From IMG/VR virus record IMGVR_UViG_3300027734_000078, positions 1 through 59,498 of that record: a stretch of 59,498 nucleotides of DNA, one strand, 5' to 3'. Positions 57,228 to 59,498 of the stretch are shown here, in pieces. The stretch is from a virus. Taxonomy: Duplodnaviria > Caudoviricetes. Under the pieces are notes generated by a model that had not been told where the DNA came from, ran no database searches, and was given only the letters and a program-made list of their open reading frames with translations. Positions within the stretch are counted from its first letter, which is position 1; each line of letters opens with the position of its first letter. A program made the translations under genes and the position numbers.

Positions 57228-57755
57228 TTAGCACATCTTAGATTTAGTTTTACCACCACTGCGCATAGCAACCATGGTACCTTTTGTTTTACCTTTAGTA
57301 GCAACACCGTTAGCTTTTGATAACTGAGCTACTTTGCCGCCTAAAGCATAACCACAACCTTTACTCATTTTTTTAGCCATACCGCCTTTTTTAAGCGCTA
57401 ACTTGGTTCCTTTACCGCCCTTATGTTCTTGCATGTCGTGTTGTTTAAATGCTTTTTTGATCATAGCCTTATCTTGAGTTTTGTCCATCTTTGTATCTTC
57501 TTTTGAATCTGATTTAGCCATACCGCCTTTTTTCATGTAGCCCATTTTATTTCTAACCTCCGTTGGTAATTTTGATAATCCAGGATTTTTATTAGTATCT
57601 ATTTCTACTAATTTACCTGATCCGAACTTCTTAGTTTTATCTGCTTTCATAAACTCTTCTCCTACTGATTTTGATATACCAACTTTTTTAGCAAAGGCTG
57701 GGTTGTTAGCTACTGCTGCCATTAAATTATGTTGCTTTTTAGATTTACTCGGCAT
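57228..57755 (-). CDS. basic protein with repeated KKGG motifs
   Basis: MPSKSKKQHNLMAAVA.NP.FAKKVGI, then MKKGG, LKKGG, YALGG and MRSGG. Confidence 0.75.
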   Translation of the reverse strand: MPSKSKKQHNLMAAVANNPAFAKKVGISKSVGEEFMKADKTKKFGSGKLVEIDTNKNPGLSKLPTEVRNKMGYMKKGGMAKSDSKEDTKMDKTQDKAMIKKAFKQHDMQEHKGGKGTKLALKKGGMAKKMSKGCGYALGGKVAQLSKANGVATKGKTKGTMVAMRSGGKTKSKMC

Positions 57756-58002
57756 TTTGATTTATCCATCTCCACCTTACACACTTAGCACAATTACAAT
57801 CTGCAAAGTAGTGACCTGGTTTTTTATATACAACTTGTTCTTTTTGTGTTTCTTTTTCTACTTCTTCCATATTAATTTTATTTTGAACTATACGTTCTTT
57901 AATACTTGTTTCAATTTGTTCACTAAGTATTGCTTTATTTTCTTCAATTTGTTCAGCATCGTGTTTCCTTTTTTTAAATATTCTATCTATAAATGATTTC
58001 AT
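57745..58002 (-). CDS. hypothetical protein
   Basis: AGGAG RBS, H...CNC..C tail. Confidence 0.65.
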   Translation of the reverse strand: MKSFIDRIFKKRKHDAEQIEENKAILSEQIETSIKERIVQNKINMEEVEKETQKEQVVYKKPGHYFADCNCAKCVRWRWINQNAE

Positions 58003-58010
58003 AGTATCTC

Positions 58011-58229
58011 CTACTTAAGCCAATGATTTACAGCCCAACTAACAACGGCTGAAGCTATCCCCGCAATAAATATAAATACTTTCCACCCACCTTTTATTTC
58101 GTTAAGGGCAGACTCAATAGCATCAAGTCTTTTCTTTAACTCGTTCATATCTTCCATAAGGGTGTCTACATCTGTTTGAATGTGTTTAATTTCGATACCG
58201 TGTTCGGCAAGTTCTCGTTCTGTACTCAT
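58011..58229 (-). CDS. coiled-coil protein with C-terminal TM helix
   Basis: Heptad repeat, then KGGWK and a hydrophobic tail. Confidence 0.7.
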   Translation of the reverse strand: MSTERELAEHGIEIKHIQTDVDTLMEDMNELKKRLDAIESALNEIKGGWKVFIFIAGIASAVVSWAVNHWLK

Positions 58230-58489
58230 TAGCATTTCCACCTTTTTAGTGATGCGGCTTTCCTAGTCGGTCTACCTTTTTCATCTTTCATAGGACCAGG
58301 CATACCAGACATCCTAGCACAAAACGATCTCTTACGAGCGCCACCTTGTGGTTGAGGAGCCTTGAGGTTTGACCCAGTAGCTGCGTTATACTTTGCACGA
58401 CCTTTAGCCGTGAGTCCTGCACCTTTTGATACAGGAAGTTTCTCACCACGTCCGATTGCTAAGCTAGGACCTTTTTTCTTACTAGCCAT
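58229..58489 (-). CDS. small basic protein (DUF6321-like)
   Basis: GLTAKGRAKYN..TGSNLKAP...RKRSFCARM.G......SL.RWKC. Confidence 0.7.
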   Translation of the reverse strand: MASKKKGPSLAIGRGEKLPVSKGAGLTAKGRAKYNAATGSNLKAPQPQGGARKRSFCARMSGMPGPMKDEKGRPTRKAASLKRWKC

Positions 58490-58994
58490 AGAATATTTGT
58501 ACTGAATCCACGTTAGACATTTCAGCATACACGCCTGTTTCAGCTCGTACACCTTCACCCGGAATATAAGGAACGTTGGCAAATACATCAGTAGCTGCGG
58601 GTTCGTAAGTCATAAGCCATTTACCTACAACATATATAGCTGCAGTGCTAGAAATAGTACCTGTATTAATATCAACTAAAGTGAATGCATCAGCAGTTGT
58701 TCTAGTAATAGAATATGTACCATCAGTAGCTGAAACACCAGAATTTGATAAGAAGTGAATACCAATAACATCACCGGTAATTAATCCATGAGCTGTTTTT
58801 GTTACTGTTACAGTTGTACCAGATCGTGCATAAGTTACGCCTGATGAAACAGGTGTTGTAGCCGTATCAAATAAAGTTACATACCCCGCAGTAGCTGTGC
58901 CAGTATACGATAACCCTTTAACACGAACAGGATATTTAACTAGATACCCACTAGAATTTAAATGCGCTTGTTTTACATCATATTGCATAGCCAT
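58482..58994 (-). CDS. structural protein
   Basis: MQYDVK, P.RVKG, HGL.TGD insert and IPGEG. AAGGAG RBS. Confidence 0.75.
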   Translation of the reverse strand: MAMQYDVKQAHLNSSGYLVKYPVRVKGLSYTGTATAGYVTLFDTATTPVSSGVTYARSGTTVTVTKTAHGLITGDVIGIHFLSNSGVSATDGTYSITRTTADAFTLVDINTGTISSTAAIYVVGKWLMTYEPAATDVFANVPYIPGEGVRAETGVYAEMSNVDSVQIFYG

Positions 58995-59043
58995 AATTAA
59001 TCTCCTTTGTTTAGTGAGGGGGCTAGATGCCCCCAGTGATTAA

Positions 59044-59498
59044 TTAACTAACAGCTGCAGAGAATGGTGTAACTACAGTGCCAGAGCCAATAAGACCACC
59101 AGCAGTAATAACAAATATACCTGCATCAACATCAGTAAGTTCAACGTATGAACCTATAACGCCGCCTTGTGTAGTGCCATTCATTGTGATTGTGTCAGAA
59201 GCTGGAAGAGTGCCAAACGGAGTGCCTGTAGTACCGGCAACATTTAATGTGCCACTAATTACGTCTGTTGCGTTAGCCACTTGAATTTTATAACTATTAG
59301 ATGTAACTGTTGTTTCAACCAAAAATTTATATACGGCATTTGTACCTGAAGCTGCTGGCAATGTAACTGTGATACCCGCTGCACGACTTAAACCAATAGT
59401 TTGGCCATTATAGTCTGCTTGAGTTACTGTTAATGTTGATGCTGTAACTGTTGAATTAACGCCTGTACCTGTAATAAAACCGGCTGTAGACGTCACTG
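59044..59498 (-). CDS. structural protein (capsid-associated), 5'-truncated
   Basis: T/G/A-rich ORF open to the window edge, with TLPAA.G and C-terminal TPF. Confidence 0.7.
   Translation of the reverse strand, partial: VTSTAGFITGTGVNSTVTASTLTVTQADYNGQTIGLSRAAGITVTLPAASGTNAVYKFLVETTVTSNSYKIQVANATDVISGTLNVAGTTGTPFGTLPASDTITMNGTTQGGVIGSYVELTDVDAGIFVITAGGLIGSGTVVTPFSAAVS

Noticed and set aside
59017-59034. GGGGGC/GCCCCC hairpin as an intrinsic terminator
   Set aside because: No U-tract follows on the coding (minus) strand. It may stabilise RNA, but I cannot support a terminator call.
1-59498. Alternative genetic code or prophage integration
   Set aside because: Long genes are intact under the standard code with all three stop codons used, and no integrase, att site or host genes are seen

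Overview
This window is most of the genome of an AT-rich tailed dsDNA phage with a podovirus-like virion module. It is not bacterial chromosome, and I found no integrase, RNA polymerase, tRNA, rRNA or CRISPR array. The minus strand at 1-5.1 kb carries a GroES-like co-chaperonin (truncated), portal, large terminase and a candidate small terminase. The plus strand at 6.2-29.7 kb carries early and replication genes from host sigma70-type promoters: many small ORFs, a MoxR-type AAA ATPase with a peptidase-VWA partner, VRR-NUC, family A DNA polymerase, PD-(D/E)XK exonuclease, HNH nucleases, SNF2 helicase, SSB-like protein, HTH and primase-helicase. The minus strand at 29.7-59.5 kb carries a 2077-aa polyvalent protein (ADP-ribosyltransferase, metallopeptidase and LPD38-like regions), ejection-like proteins, tail and lysis genes, a methyltransferase fusion and small basic proteins. 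The major capsid gene is not in the window. The most notable non-gene signals are: (1) six copies of a 32-nt hairpin with conserved shape and covarying sequence, each just upstream of an early-gene RBS; (2) a ~16-kb GATC-free block covering the early region; (3) a 0.8-kb intergenic platform with five IHF-consensus sites and two other repeated motifs, following a self-contained first gene; (4) promoters whose -35 box is half of a TTGACA-N-TGTCAA palindrome; (5) two pseudoknotted intergenic RNA candidates; (6) a short 'xxGG' peptide motif shared by ejection-like proteins and small basic late proteins. All product calls come from motifs recognised by eye and gene order. No database searches were run.
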